A stretch of DNA of 64,000 nt from assembly GCA_030390025.1 (NCBI GenBank), contig CM059431.1, positions 67,208,001 through 67,272,000 of the forward strand. The letters are read 5' to 3'. Positions within the stretch are counted from its first letter, which is position 1. The number at the start of each line of letters is the position of its first letter. A program made the translations under genes and the position numbers. This document shows, piece after piece, positions 48,071-60,644 of this stretch. The notes beneath the pieces were generated by a model, which did no database searches, had not been told where the DNA came from, and was given only the letters and a program-made list of their open reading frames with translations. This stretch comes from Squalus acanthias. Its lineage: Eukaryota.

Positions 48071-50657
48071 TAAGGGACTGTGGTTTAAAAAAAAGTCTTG
48101 TTGTATATCTTGTTGTAAACCCTTATTATTTCTTCTGTATTTTTCCACATCTCAGCAGTCAAACAGAAGAAATAGAAATATGCAGGATAAAGATAAATCC
48201 AAAGAGAGGATAAAGATAAAAAGGATGGACTTTTGAAATGCGGAAAATGTAGAAGAAATAAAGAACTAATTGTAAATACAGCATGCACAATAAGAGTTTG
48301 TTTATTGAACAATAAACCACCAACTGACATTACGCATGTAACTAGTTATATAACAATAATGTGGCGATTAATTCACTGTTCGTGAAACAGGCTGAAGGGG
48401 CTGAATGGTCTACTCCTTGTTCCTAGGTTCCTGTGCACATTTTTGGTAACACCCATATTCCTGTACTTTGTCACCATAGGGTAGGTTTTATTTAATTTGC
48501 GCTTAGTGCTGTTGTGGATGTGGGCTGGGTTCATATTTTTACTTCCTGTGAGGCATGAGGTTTGGGTGTTTGAAACAGTGTGCACAGCTACAGAAACTTG
48601 AGATGAAAAAAATGAAAAGGGTATGAGTGCAAGAAAGAAAATAAGGTATGACAGGCAGAGATGATTGAAAGAGTAATGGCAAAAGAGAGACTGAGAAAGG
48701 AAGAAAAGTGCAGCGAGGAGAGCCGGACTCGAGCCCTCTGAGAATAATGTGCAACTCAAGAGGTGCTGGGATTAATTATTTTCATTTAATTTCTGCTGTT
48801 TCCCCTGATCCCTTATTAATACAAACATTATAACACTCAGAATTCAACGGGTCTAACCATGATACCAGGTCCTTGTAAATCTTGGAAAATAGTATCAGTA
48901 GAGAAATAAATAACTGCTTTCCTTCTACATCTTGTGTAAAATTCAGTAGTGTTCATTGTTTAGTCTTTGAAACACAAAGGATTTCCCATCAGTGATTGAA
49001 CTTGAGAGAATGATTAATTAACACTCACTTCCCCACAAAAAAGAACTTGCAGGGATAATGTTTTCGTATTAGCATGTTCTGCCAAGGAGAATATTGCAAA
49101 TAGAATGGAATATAACACATTATACATCAACATGTGCAACCTTCACTGATTCTTTTAAATTCAGCGCCCATCACTTTTCTACGAGATCTTCTCTTTTCTT
49201 AATGTTGCATATTATTTTCTGCCACTGTTACTCAACGTCAATACAGAACAAAAAATATTTTTGCGTACAGTATTAACATTAGCATAGCCCCGTTCCAGAA
49301 TTACATCATCTTGTGTCGTATCTATTGCTGTTTCAATATGTAAGATTAGTTCTGTCTCCATGGAACAGAAGCAACAACAGTTGAAACAATGTGAAGTATT
49401 ACACATAGAAGAATGATATTTAGATCTTTTTGTATGCTGTAATGCTGTGATGGTATCAGACTCGTTGGTTAATTCAGTAATTTATTTGTCAGATGGTTAC
49501 AAAGAAGTACTCTCTGGCAATGTGGCCTAATGATTAAGGCATTAGCCTCCTCATCCATTAGGTAGTGCAGGAATCGAATCATGGACTGCCACTAGGTAAC
49601 TGATGGATGCTAACTGTACAGCATTGCATCCAGTTGGGCAGACTTCGCCAATTTGACATAATTGGCCAGTCACCACACATTGGACTGAGAGATTACTAGT
49701 TTGGCAGAGCCCTTTTATGTGAGGGTATCTTAAAAAAAAGTTTGAAAATGTACAGTTCCGTCAATAAAAATATTGCACTGGGAAAAGGTGATTATATACT
49801 AGTGATGTACCATAGGCAGTAATTCCAACCCCGCCGTCTCTTTAAACCCCCCCCCCCCCCCGGACTTTAAATATTGCGGAGGCATACGCAGCTTGGAAGA
49901 GGCTGAAGTCGCTGATTATGACATCACGCCATTAAACTGACTGCGCAGGCACGAGAAATTTTAAAGGCAAATCCTGACTTTTTACAGTTGATTCGCGAGA
50001 TCACGAGTGGGGTAATTTTTTAAAATTAAAAATCGCCATTACTGCATAGTTTTATGAGGGCATATTTTCTGGTGGGCCAGCTTTTTAGTAGCGATGTGAA
50101 ATGTTAGCAAGGGTTGAGAAATTGGGCGGCAAACCCTAAAGTCTGCAAGAGATAGGTTTCACTATTCAAATCAATTCATATGTAAGTTAATAAGGCACAG
50201 CACAATTTCCCATCTGGGGTGGGTGAAAAGGGAAATTCCTTGAGTTATAGAGCTTTTTAAGGAGTAAATGTTGCCATTTTAGTGCTAGTTTTTAGTTTTT
50301 GCTTTTTTTCCCCAATTTTTTTTATTTGGTGTTTTTTCTTTGTCTCTCTAATTTATTTTTTTGCAGAACATATTAGAACTATTGCTGTTGAAATAAAAAT
50401 TGTTGAATGTTGTCTGCAAAGTCACTGGAAAGCTGACCGATACTTAAAGCGGTTACGAGATTTCAGCAGGACAGGGCTAACTTAAAAAAAAAAGGAGTCG
50501 TAAGAGGGACTCCTGCAACACAATGCAAACTTTCATAGGATCTCTGGGAGCAACAAAGCAGCTAAATGCAATTTGCAGAGTGTTGTGGTAGTTGTCAAGT
50601 CAAAATAATGATGGAAATTGGTTTTAAGATGCCCCAAATACAGCATCTTATTGTAGA

Positions 50658-50796
50658 GTGTTCTGATGAAATGCCATCACCCTGAAACATTAACCCTGTT
50701 CTTTTCTCCACAGATGCTGCCTGACCTGTTGGGTATTTCCAGCATGTTCTGTTTTTATTTCAGATTTCCAGCAGCCGCAGTATTTTGCTTTTGTTT
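50658..50796 (+). mobile_element. Penelope family B pLTR fragment, decayed hammerhead
   Basis: gttctgatgaa...ctgaaacattaac...cacagatgctgcctgacctg...gcagtattttgcttttg. Confidence 0.82.
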
Positions 50797-51139
50797 GATG
50801 CCAGAGATATTAGAAGACACTAGAACTACACTTCCCACACGCACCATTATTCACCAACCATATCTGCAGGCCCCATCACTACCTCACAGTGACCAAGGAC
50901 AACTGCCACCACAGGCTACCCGTTAGCACCTGCTATCGGCTGGAGAGGTCCTTTAAGCCAACCTGCACTATTGGAATGATGCTGCCAGTCAAGTCACCAC
51001 CGCCCTCCACTTTTCTGTCTCTGCCTCCTTCTCGGTTAACATAGGGGTCATTTTTAGTTTCCAGCAATGTGCTGTTCACAGATGTGTCAAACAGATGATG
51101 ATGCATTGGTCAGCATGGTCAGCACATTTATCGATTTTT

Positions 51140-51600
51140 TTTAGCACAGAAACAGGCCATTTGATTGAACGGGTCTATGCCAATGTTTATGCTCCACATA
51201 AGCCTCCACTTCACCTTCCCCCTCAATGTATCCTTCTATTCCTTTCTCCTTCATGCAGATTTAAGGTGATTGGCAAAAGAACCAAAACGTAAGAAAAAAC
51301 TCTCTTCTGCAGCGAGTGGTTAAGATCTGGAATGCACTGCCTGAAAGGGGGTGGAGGCAGACTCAATTTTATCTTTCAAAAGGGAGTTGGATAAGTATCT
51401 GAAGGAAAAAAAAATTGCAGGGCTACGGGGAATGGGCAGGGGAGTGGACAAGCTGAGGTCGGCACGGGCTCGACGGGCTGAATGGCCTTCCGTGCTGTAA
51501 CCGTTCTATGATACGTACTTATCTAGCTTCCCCTTAAATACATCTATGCTATTCGCCTCAACCATTGCATGTGGTAGCGAGTTCCACATTCTCACCACTG
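51140..51600. mobile_element. Minus-strand CR1 tail with a plus-strand CR1 3' end (~51255-51512) inserted
   Basis: cagcgagtggttaagatctggaatgcactgcctgaa...gaatggcct...ttctatga. Confidence 0.78.
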
Positions 51601-51880
51601 CAGCAATAGTAACAACATCATGCCATGGCTGCCCAATATCACGGCACTGCTGCATTTCCAACAGTGCAGAGGGTCATTGACAACCATGTAGTTATTTGTG
51701 TGCCGGGTTCCTGCTTGTCCTCTGCTATTAGCATTTGATCTTCCTTGCCTGTACAGTAACTCTCACTCTTTTAGCTCCTCAAGCTCACTAGCTGAGTTGT
51801 CTGGGATATCTGTAGTTGTGCTGCTTGAAAACATGAGTGAGGTGCAGACTGCTGTAATTGCTGTCTTGTTCTGGAGCTAC

Positions 51881-52073
51881 ACTATGTCAAAGGCTGTAGA
51901 ATGTGGAAAGATAGTGCACCATGGTCAAAGTTGCAAAGCATGTCATTTGTGACTTTGATCAGGGCCGTTTCAGTACCGTGACAGGAGCAGAAACCTTATT
52001 GGAGAGGTTGACAGATGGAATTGCAGAAAGGATATGCACAGATTTCAGAGATGGCAACACGTTTAAGGACTTT
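51881..52073 (-). mobile_element. L2 fragment, inverted copy of 52400-52595
   Basis: Near-identical reverse complement of part of the adjacent L2. Confidence 0.85.
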
Positions 52074-52159
52074 AGAGAGACTGTTCTTCAAGCGTACAAT
52101 TATATAAAAAGGAGAAAATATTTGCATCATTTTCTAATTACTCTCCTATGTTGTCCCAT

Positions 52160-53758
52160 GTCCTCTCCGAGTTAATCTTATCCATGAGACTCGCCTCCTA
52201 TTCTCTTGACCCCATTCCCACTAAACTACTGACTAGCCAACTTCTTTTCTTGGTCTGATGCAGGCTGACATTCCCTATCTTCACATACTGTTCCCTCCCT
52301 TTCAAAACTGCTGTCACGACCCTCTCTTCAAAAAAATCAACCTCCAACCCCTGTGTCCTTGCATAATAACGCCCCCATCACCAACCTCAATTTCCTCTCA
52401 AGTCCTTGCTGTTTCTGAAATCCGTGCATATCATTCCTGCAATTCCATGTTTCAACCTCTCCAATAAGGTTTCCGTTCCTGTCACGGTACTGAAACGGCC
52501 CTGATCAAAGTCACAAATGATATGCTTTGCGACTTTGACCATGGTGCACTATCTTTCCACATCCTACTCCTACTCTCTGCAGCCTTTGACATAGTCGACC
52601 AAACTATGCGCCTCCATTGTCCAGCTGAGTGGGACTGCCCTTGATTGGTTCCACTACTATCTATCCAGCAGTAGCCAGAGCATCTCCAGCAATGGTTTCC
52701 TTTCTTGCTCCCGCATCATAATCTCTGGAATCCCTTAAGGATCTATTCTTGTCCTCCTTCTCTTCCTCTTCTACGTATTGCCCATGGCGACATCATATGA
52801 AGACATGGGGTCAGCTTCCACATGTACACTGACACTCAGCTGTACCTCACCACCACCTTTCTTGACCCATCCACTGCCTTTGTGTTGCCAGACTTCTTGT
52901 CCAAAATCCTGGATGAGCCATAATTTCCTCCAGTTAAACATTCAGAAGACCAAAGCCATCGTCTTCAGCCTGCCACAATCTCCATACCCTTGCCGTTGAT
53001 TCCATCCTAGCTCTTTGGCCACTGTCTCAGGTTAAACCAGACTGTTTGCAACCCCGGCATCCTATTTGACCCTGAGCTGAGTTTCCAACCTCATCCTTTC
53101 CATCACAAAGGCAGCCTACTTCCACCTCTCTAACATGGCCCATCTCCGCCTATCTGTTGCCAAAACCTTCATCTATACCTTTCTTTCCTCCCAGACTCGA
53201 CTATCCAATACTCTCCAGGCCGGCCTTCACCCTCCACAAACTTCAGCTCATCCAAAACTCTGCTCCCGATAGCTCATCCTGCAATAATCCTACTTACCCA
53301 TCACCCCAGTGCTCGATGACCTACATTGGCTCTCAGACCCCCAACACCTCAAATTTGAAATATTTATCATTGCGTTCAAATTATCTACATTGCCTCGTCC
53401 CTCCCTATCTCTGTAACCTTCTTCAGCCCCACAACCCTTCGAGATCTCTGCGTTCCTTGAACTCTGTCTGCTTATGCATCTCGAAAGTCTCTTCCCCCAC
53501 CATTGGCAGCATGCGTTCACCATCTTAGGCCTAAGCTCTTGAATTCTCTCCCTACACCTCTCCGCCTTTCTACCTTCCTCCCTGTCTGTCTTTTAAGACC
53601 CTCTTTAAAACCCACTTCTTTGTCCAAGGTTTTAAGTAATGTGTCCTAATATCCCCTTTTTGGATTGCTGTTGATTTTTTTTCTAATTACGCTTCTCTGA
53701 AGTGCCTTGGCATGTTTATTCTATGTTAAAGGTGTTATATACATGCAAGTTGTTGTTG
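52160..53758 (+). mobile_element. L2 LINE RT to 3' end, degenerate
   Basis: HGTETALIKVTND and SAAFDIVD on translation; tail atgcaagttgttgttg. Confidence 0.9.
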
Positions 53759-55378
53759 ATGGTTCTAAAATTGTATGTAGGGTGTTTGTTTATGCGGGTG
53801 GAAGTGAGTGAGAATGGAGGTAAGCTGTAAGAACAGAATGGTACCAACCCTGAGCTGTGGGGGGGAGAGAGGGGCTGGGGCTATGAGTCACCTTCCCCTG
53901 TTTCTTCTATTCTGTTGTATGCAAGAATGGCCTCCTCCAAGGGAGTCGAGGGCTTGTATTTTCCAAACCTTCCTCCAGTTTAGATCTGTTCCCTTGTATT
54001 ATCTTGTTGTGCAAGCAGAGGAATGGTCTTGATAGGTAAAAAGAGTACATTACAGTGGCAGACAAGTGGCCAACTTGCAGCCCATTCTCTGCATTAGTAA
54101 GTAACCGTGCATCATGCAGCTGTGTTGCGTAACAATTAATTTTTATGTCAAACTCTTTGAAAATATCGGTGAGCTAAGGCTTTCAGTTGTGCAGCTTGAA
54201 TGTTCTACTGGACTAGAGTTTGCATGGTAAACAATAAAAAGAGATAAAGGGTTGTGTGAAGTTTTGGCATAGGTCAGCAGTAATGTGAAGTAGGTTGATA
54301 GGCCCCACATAACCTTTGGAAAAGATTTTTGAAAATTGTCCCCACATGTGGTTGTTTCCCTTTAATTCTGGTGTGCAGCCTTTTAAGGGCTGAAGACGTA
54401 CACTATTTCGCACCACAACATCCCCCCGCTTTGTGAGCTCCTATTTGCAGACCCAATTCAGGCTTGTTTGGGTTAGCCCTTCTTGATTTGGATAAGCAAA
54501 ATACTTGCAGCAGTTTGGTTCCCACGGCAGGACTGGAAAATAGGTCCTCCAATCAGCTTTGGATAATAACTTCATTACATTTGTTGGAAAATTGATTCTT
54601 AAATGAGCTACATCACCCAACTCCTGCAACTCAAGACTCTCCTTCCCAAGTTTAATGCTGAGGGCTTTTGCAGTCTTGCACCTGTATCAGACAATTTTTC
54701 TTTCTCTCAAAGATACTGTCTGTTTTATGTATATGCCCGCCTTGGCGTTGATCTGAAATATGTGCCCAGGTCGCACAACCTTTGACATGCACAGAATGAG
54801 ACATGCTTCAGTGCCTACAACAAACCGCTTTATGTGTCACATATTAAGAAGTGCTGTGCGATTTGTGAAATAGTGGTATTTGGTTTACCTGTTTGCAGTC
54901 GCAAACAACAACCATATCTTTGTAACTGTTCGACATTCGCTCTGAATGGAATTAAATCAGAACATTTTTAACAGTTACATAAGCTGCACAATTAAATGAA
55001 AGGAGCATTGACCCAGAACAAAGCTGTCAGCTTGGATTTTCTCTCTGACTATAGTTAATAAAGGGAATGGTGTCTCAAACCAAATGAGAATTGAGAGATT
55101 ATTAGTGACCCAATAATGCATTGCCTGTTTGCGTCCATGGTCCATAATACTACTGAATAGGCCAGTCACAATTGGGATGCTCTTGAGCATCTCCACCAGC
55201 ATTTATATTTACTGGTGATATGGTTTGTTTGGAGGAGCCTGTGGAAAACCATCTCTAAACATGCAGCCTCATTGATACCACAGCATTATCAATAACAGCC
55301 CTTTAATGTAAAAGAGCAGTTGGTTATCTAGTCCAACAAGTTCCTTCAGTTTGAAAGAAAGGGCAGGGAAAAATTGGA

Positions 55379-57560
55379 AAAACAACAATAACAACAACTT
55401 GTATTTATATAGCGCCTTTAACGTAGTAGAACGTTCCAAGGCGCCGCACAGGTGTATTTTAAGACAAAAAATTTGACACCAATCCACATAAGAATAAATT
55501 AGGGCAGGTGACCAAAAGCTTGGTCAAAGAGGTAGGTTTTAAGGAGTGTCTTAAAGGAGGAAAGAGAGGTAGCAAGGCGGACAGGTTTAGGCAGGGAATT
55601 CCAGAGCTTAGGGCCTAGGCAACAGAAGGCACGGCCACCAAAGGTTGAACAGTTATAATCAGGGATTCTCAAGAGGGCAGAATTAGAGGAGTGCAGATAT
55701 CTCGGGGCGGGTGGGTTGTGGGGCTGAAGGAGATTACAGAGGTGGGAAGGGGCGAGGCCAAGGAGGGATTTGAAAACAAGGATGAGAATTTTGAAATCGA
55801 GGCGCTACTTAACCAGGAGCCAATGTAGGTCAGCGAGCACAGGTGATGGCGAACGGGGCTTGGTACGAGTTAGGACACGGGCTGCCGAGTTTTGGATGAC
55901 CTCAACTTTACGTAGGGTGGAATGTGGAAGGCCAGCCAGGAGTGCGTTGGAATAGTCAAGTCTAGAGATAGCAAAGGCATGGATGAGGGTTTCAGTAGCG
56001 AATGAGCTGAGGCAAGGGCAGAGACGGGCGATGTTACAGAGGTGGAAGTAAGCGGTCTCTGTTATGCTGCGGATATGTGGTTGGAAGCTCATTTCGGGGT
56101 CAAATGTGACACCAAGGTTGCGAACAGTGTGGTTCAGCTTCAGACAGATGTTAGGGAGAGGGATGGAGTCAGTGGCTAGGGAATGGATTTTGTGGCGGGG
56201 ACCGAAAACAATGGCTTCGGTTTTCCCAATATTTAATTGGAGAAAATTTTTGCTCATCCAGAACTGTATGTCGGACAAGCAGTCTGACAATTTAGACACC
56301 GTGGAGGGGACGAGAGAAGAGGTAGTGAGGTAGAGCTGGGTGTCGTCAGCGTACATGTGGAAACTGATGCTGTGTTTTCGGATGATGTCGCCAAGGGGCA
56401 ACATGTAGATGAGAAATAGTAGGGGGCCAAGGATAGATCCTTAGAGGACACCAGAGGTAATGATGTGGGAACGGGAAGAGAAGCCGTTGCAGTTGATTCT
56501 CTGGTTACGATTAGATAGATAAGAATGGAACCAGGCGAGTGCAGTCCCACCCAGCTGGATGACGGTGGAGAGGCGTTGGAGAAAGATGGAGTGGTCAACC
56601 GTGTCAAAGGCTGCAGACAAGTCAAGAAGGATGAGGAGGGATAGTTTACCTTTGTCACAAAGGATGTCATTTGTGACTTTGATGAGAGTTGTTTCGGTAC
56701 TGTGGCAAGGGCGGAAACCTGATTGGAGGGATTCAAACATGGAATTGCGGGAAAGATGGGCACGGATTTGGGAGGTAACAACATGTTCAAGGACTTTGGA
56801 GAGGAAGGGGAGGTTGGAGATGGGGCGGTTGGAGATGGGGCGGTAGTTTGCAAGGACGGAGGGATCAAGGTTTGGTTTTTTGAGGAAAGGGGTGATGACG
56901 GCAGATTTGAGGGAGAGGGGGACAGTACCTGAGGAGAGAGAACCGTTAACAATATCAGCTAACATGGGAGCCAGAAAAGGAAGTTGGGTGGTCAGCAGTT
57001 TGGTGGGAATAGGGCCGAGGGAGCAGGAGGTGGGTCTCATAGACAAGATGAGTGCAGAGAGGTCATGAAGGGAGATCGGAGAGAAACTGGAGAAAGATGT
57101 GAGTTCAGGGCTAGGGCAGGGGGGAACCTTAGAGGAAGTTTGACTCAGTGGGCTAGGGGAAGGAAGGGAAGTGGCAGAGGCAGCTGAACGGATGGTCTCA
57201 ATCTTAGAGACAAAGAAGTCCATGAGCTCCTCACTTGTTATTGGAGGTGAGGGTGGAGGAGACAGGGGCGAGGGTTTTAAGAAGACGGTTAGCAGTAGAG
57301 AATAGGAGCCAGGGTTTATCTTTGCATTCCAGAATGATTCTGGAATAGTGAGCAATTTTAGCAGACGAGAGCAGGGCCCGATAGTGCTTTATGTAGTCCA
57401 GCCAGATCTGGCAGTGAATGGCTGAACCAGTTGTCCGCCATATCCGCTCGAGCCTGCGTCCCTTGGACTTAAGAGCGAAGATGAGAGCCGTACTGGGGCA
57501 GCGGCCAGGGTGAGAGAGGGTAATCATTTTAGCAGGGCATCAAAGATAGTGGTGAGGGTT
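55379..57560 (-). mobile_element. Relatively young L2 LINE, RT and 3' end
   Basis: NYRPISN, LQSGFRPCHSTET, LLDLSAAFDTVDH, YADDTQLY and SRLDYSN motifs with an (AAC)n tail. A 15-bp duplication near 56812-56842 gives RPISN twice. Confidence 0.95.
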
Positions 57561-58450
57561 TAAACAAAGATTAACTGTGACCTTTTATATTTTTTATATA
57601 TATATTTTATAAAGTAAAATGAGTGTTTTAATCTATAGCTAGATACAATAATGGTTAGATGTCATTTAGTAAGCTTGTCTGTTAATAATGACCTTGTTTT
57701 ATAGATGTAGTGATCTACTGTTGTACTGATGTTAAACTCCTGCAAGCACCATAGCAGTTTTTAAATAAAATGACGATGAAAGTCCCCATTCGTATTATTG
57801 ATGAGATGCAAATTGTAGATTCTGCAACTTGCAAAATATCTAATATAAATATTCTTTTTCTGACATTGAGCAGAATATGGATCATTGCTCAAATGGTTAA
57901 AAAGGAAGTATGTTGATGGCTCAGTGGGTAAAATGCATGGTGTGGTGTTGTACTGAGTTATTGGCATTAACTAAGTTTTCCTTGCAAGCAAGGAATGTAA
58001 TTTTTCATTTGGTTTTTCTATATTTGCGTCAGCCCCCCACTCCAGCATACTTCAATTCCAGAAGTTTAAGTATACCATTTTTCCCATTTGTACCACCTGT
58101 CATTCTTTACAAACCCATGATTTGTCTGATCTCAGGCTAGTTTACAGTGCACATGAGCCCAAGTAACAAAGTTGCCTGCAGTTCTGCAGTAGTTTGTGGG
58201 TCTCACTCAAATAGGCTAGAAATATAGTGAATGTGGAAAATGGCATTGATGCTCTTCGAAGCTTGTTTTAAGGGGATGTTATCATTTGTTTTTACCAAGT
58301 GTGCTTTTTTTCCTGTGTGGAAAAGTACCTGGATAATATTTCAAGTTATGACTATTGGACAAAAGTGGAAAAGGAGGCAGCTAATGAATGACTAGAGGGA
58401 CTGGAAAAATTGGAAACATGGGGGGCGGATGAAATTTTATCAGACTTATT

Positions 58451-59166
58451 GGGCTGGATTTTGTCTTGGGGTCAGGTTGGGGTCGTGTTACCCGCATTTC
58501 GTGTTGCCCCCCCGACTCCAGATTAATGTGGATGAATGATGCAATTTTCACTTAATTGGGCAATAGAGTTCCAGCATGTGGGAACCCATGAACCAATTAG
58601 TGGTTTCAGTCTGAAAGTCACCTCTGATGACGTCATCATTGCAGGTCAGAAACTGACTGCCTGGTCTCAGAGATTGCCTGGCCTTTGCTGTGAGAGGACC
58701 TGGATGCAAAATGCTCATCTCGGGTAGAGAGAGAGAGAAACCAAGTCCTCCCAGGCAGTCTCTGAAGACATTCAATGCAGTAGCATCAGAGGCGACTTTC
58801 AGACCTAATACTACTACTACCTTCATCACATCTCCGTTGTAATAGTGGACCTGCAGCTGATAGTCAGCTATCCACTTGTGCTCCCGCCAGGTTTCACTGG
58901 CGTGTTTCACATCAGGCGTACTTCACGTCGGAAAAGGGTTAAACTAGCTAAAACATTTCAAAATGGCATTATAGAGCCAATTTAGGGCTTGTTAAGGGCT
59001 TTAATGGCCTCTCCCGCCTCTTGGAGGCGGGATGGAGTCGGGAACCCCGCGACCGATTTTGTCAAAATTGTGTGGAGGCGGAATGGGGTCGGGACCCCCG
59101 AATCTGCAACTTTAACCCCCCACACGCCTCCAAACCCGACTCCACGGGTCATTGAAAATCCAGCCC
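58451..59166. mobile_element. Complete MITE, same family as 14172-14895
   Basis: ATT-GGGCTGGATTTT ... AAAATCCAGCCC-TTT; colinear with the first copy. Confidence 0.92.
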
Positions 59167-60360
59167 TTTGTCTTTCGGGGCCACCAAGTGCCTAAACTTA
59201 AATCCTTTTGAAGATTCTCCTCTTCAATATTCATTCTCTCCGAGATCCCACAGCAACAAATTGCTTATTGGTTTCTGGGGCTGTCCCTTTCTCGAGAGTA
59301 GATTCCTGAATGCTTGAGCAGCAAGCCTCTGTTTCACATTGACATTGAATTGTGCATGTAGGTAGAAATACTTGCAGGCAAATTGATACTTAACATTACT
59401 TGTGTTGTGTGGAAGTAACATCGGCACCTGGTTAGAGAATAAAGGAAAGTATTCATGTCAGTCTGCAGGGTGGTTTAAGCTCGTTTCCTCTGGGTTCTCT
59501 TTACTTACCCTTGTCTTATATTGTGCGGCCATTCCTTTGCGCATTACTGCGAGCAAAAGGAGGTGTGTGAATTTGCAGTATGTTGTGAAAACTACTTGCT
59601 CTGGGATAATTCCCTTGGCTCTTAGTGCCATGGATTTTATTCATTTTATATTTCTGGTATAATTCTCTTTGCTCTCAGTGCTGTATAATCTGTCCATTTT
59701 GTATCTCTAATTGGATTCCGTGGACTCTACCTGGAAATACAGAATTGTGCTTGCATATGTGTCTAAATGTTGTGGTTTACAATCTTATTTCTGCCCTGTG
59801 TACCTTTCCCAGTGGCAGCCTCTGTCTCTGCTGGCAGCATTGACATTTGTAGTCATGAATGGAGCTGCTTCTAGAGGTGATGTCAAAAATGATCTCTTCG
59901 TGATTCTTGAAATCTGCTGAGGCAGCAACTTCACCTCATTTACTTTCACTCTTACAGAAGTCAGGAATGTGGAAAAATTATGAATATTTAAGTAATACAG
60001 TCAAGCCCACTTAAATCAATAACTGACAAAAGAATAAAAGAATAAAATGTTTAAGAGAATAAAATCTTCATGCACAAATCCCTTTTCTATCTTTTCCAAT
60101 GATAGCTGCCCCTATTAAATGAATATAACGTTTAAATAAATCCTGACTTTTGCAATTCATTTAATTAAGCATTGTGTTGCCTCGCCAAATCCGATGTGTT
60201 AAGCCCTATTTGCCAATCATTGTGTTGAACTCTTTTTACAAGCATTTTTGTCTAATTGTGAAAATTGCCTGATAACCAATTGAGTGATGTTTGAATCTTT
60301 TTCATCTTATCAGGCGCTAGGGCTCAAGTACTTTTGGCAATCAATGTGACAAGTGCTTTT

Positions 60361-60598
60361 ACAAAAGCAAAATACTGCAGATGCTGTAAATCTGAAATAA
60401 AAACAGAAAATGCTGGAAATACTCAGCAGGTCAGGCAGTGGAGAGAGAAAGAGTTAACGTTTCAGGTCATTGACCTATCGTCAAAACTTGCAAAAGTTAG
60501 AGCTGTAACAGGTTTTAAGCATGTACAGAGGCAAGGGATGGGGGAGCGGAGGGGAGTAAAGAACAAAAGGGAAGGTCTGTGATAAGGTGGAAGGCAGT
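60361..60598 (-). mobile_element. Penelope family B pLTR fragment with hammerhead variant at 60452-60488
   Basis: Reverse complement of 43020-43230 and 50700-50795. The core reads UUGACGA...GAAACGUU. Confidence 0.85.
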
Positions 60599-60644
60599 AT
60601 CACAGAGCATTCCTTTTGTTCTTTTCTCCTGTATTTGCTTAAAA

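Noticed and set aside
49515-50220. Possible SINE head (~49515) and MITE (~49815-50215)
   Set aside because: Too degenerate; matching termini could not be established by eye.
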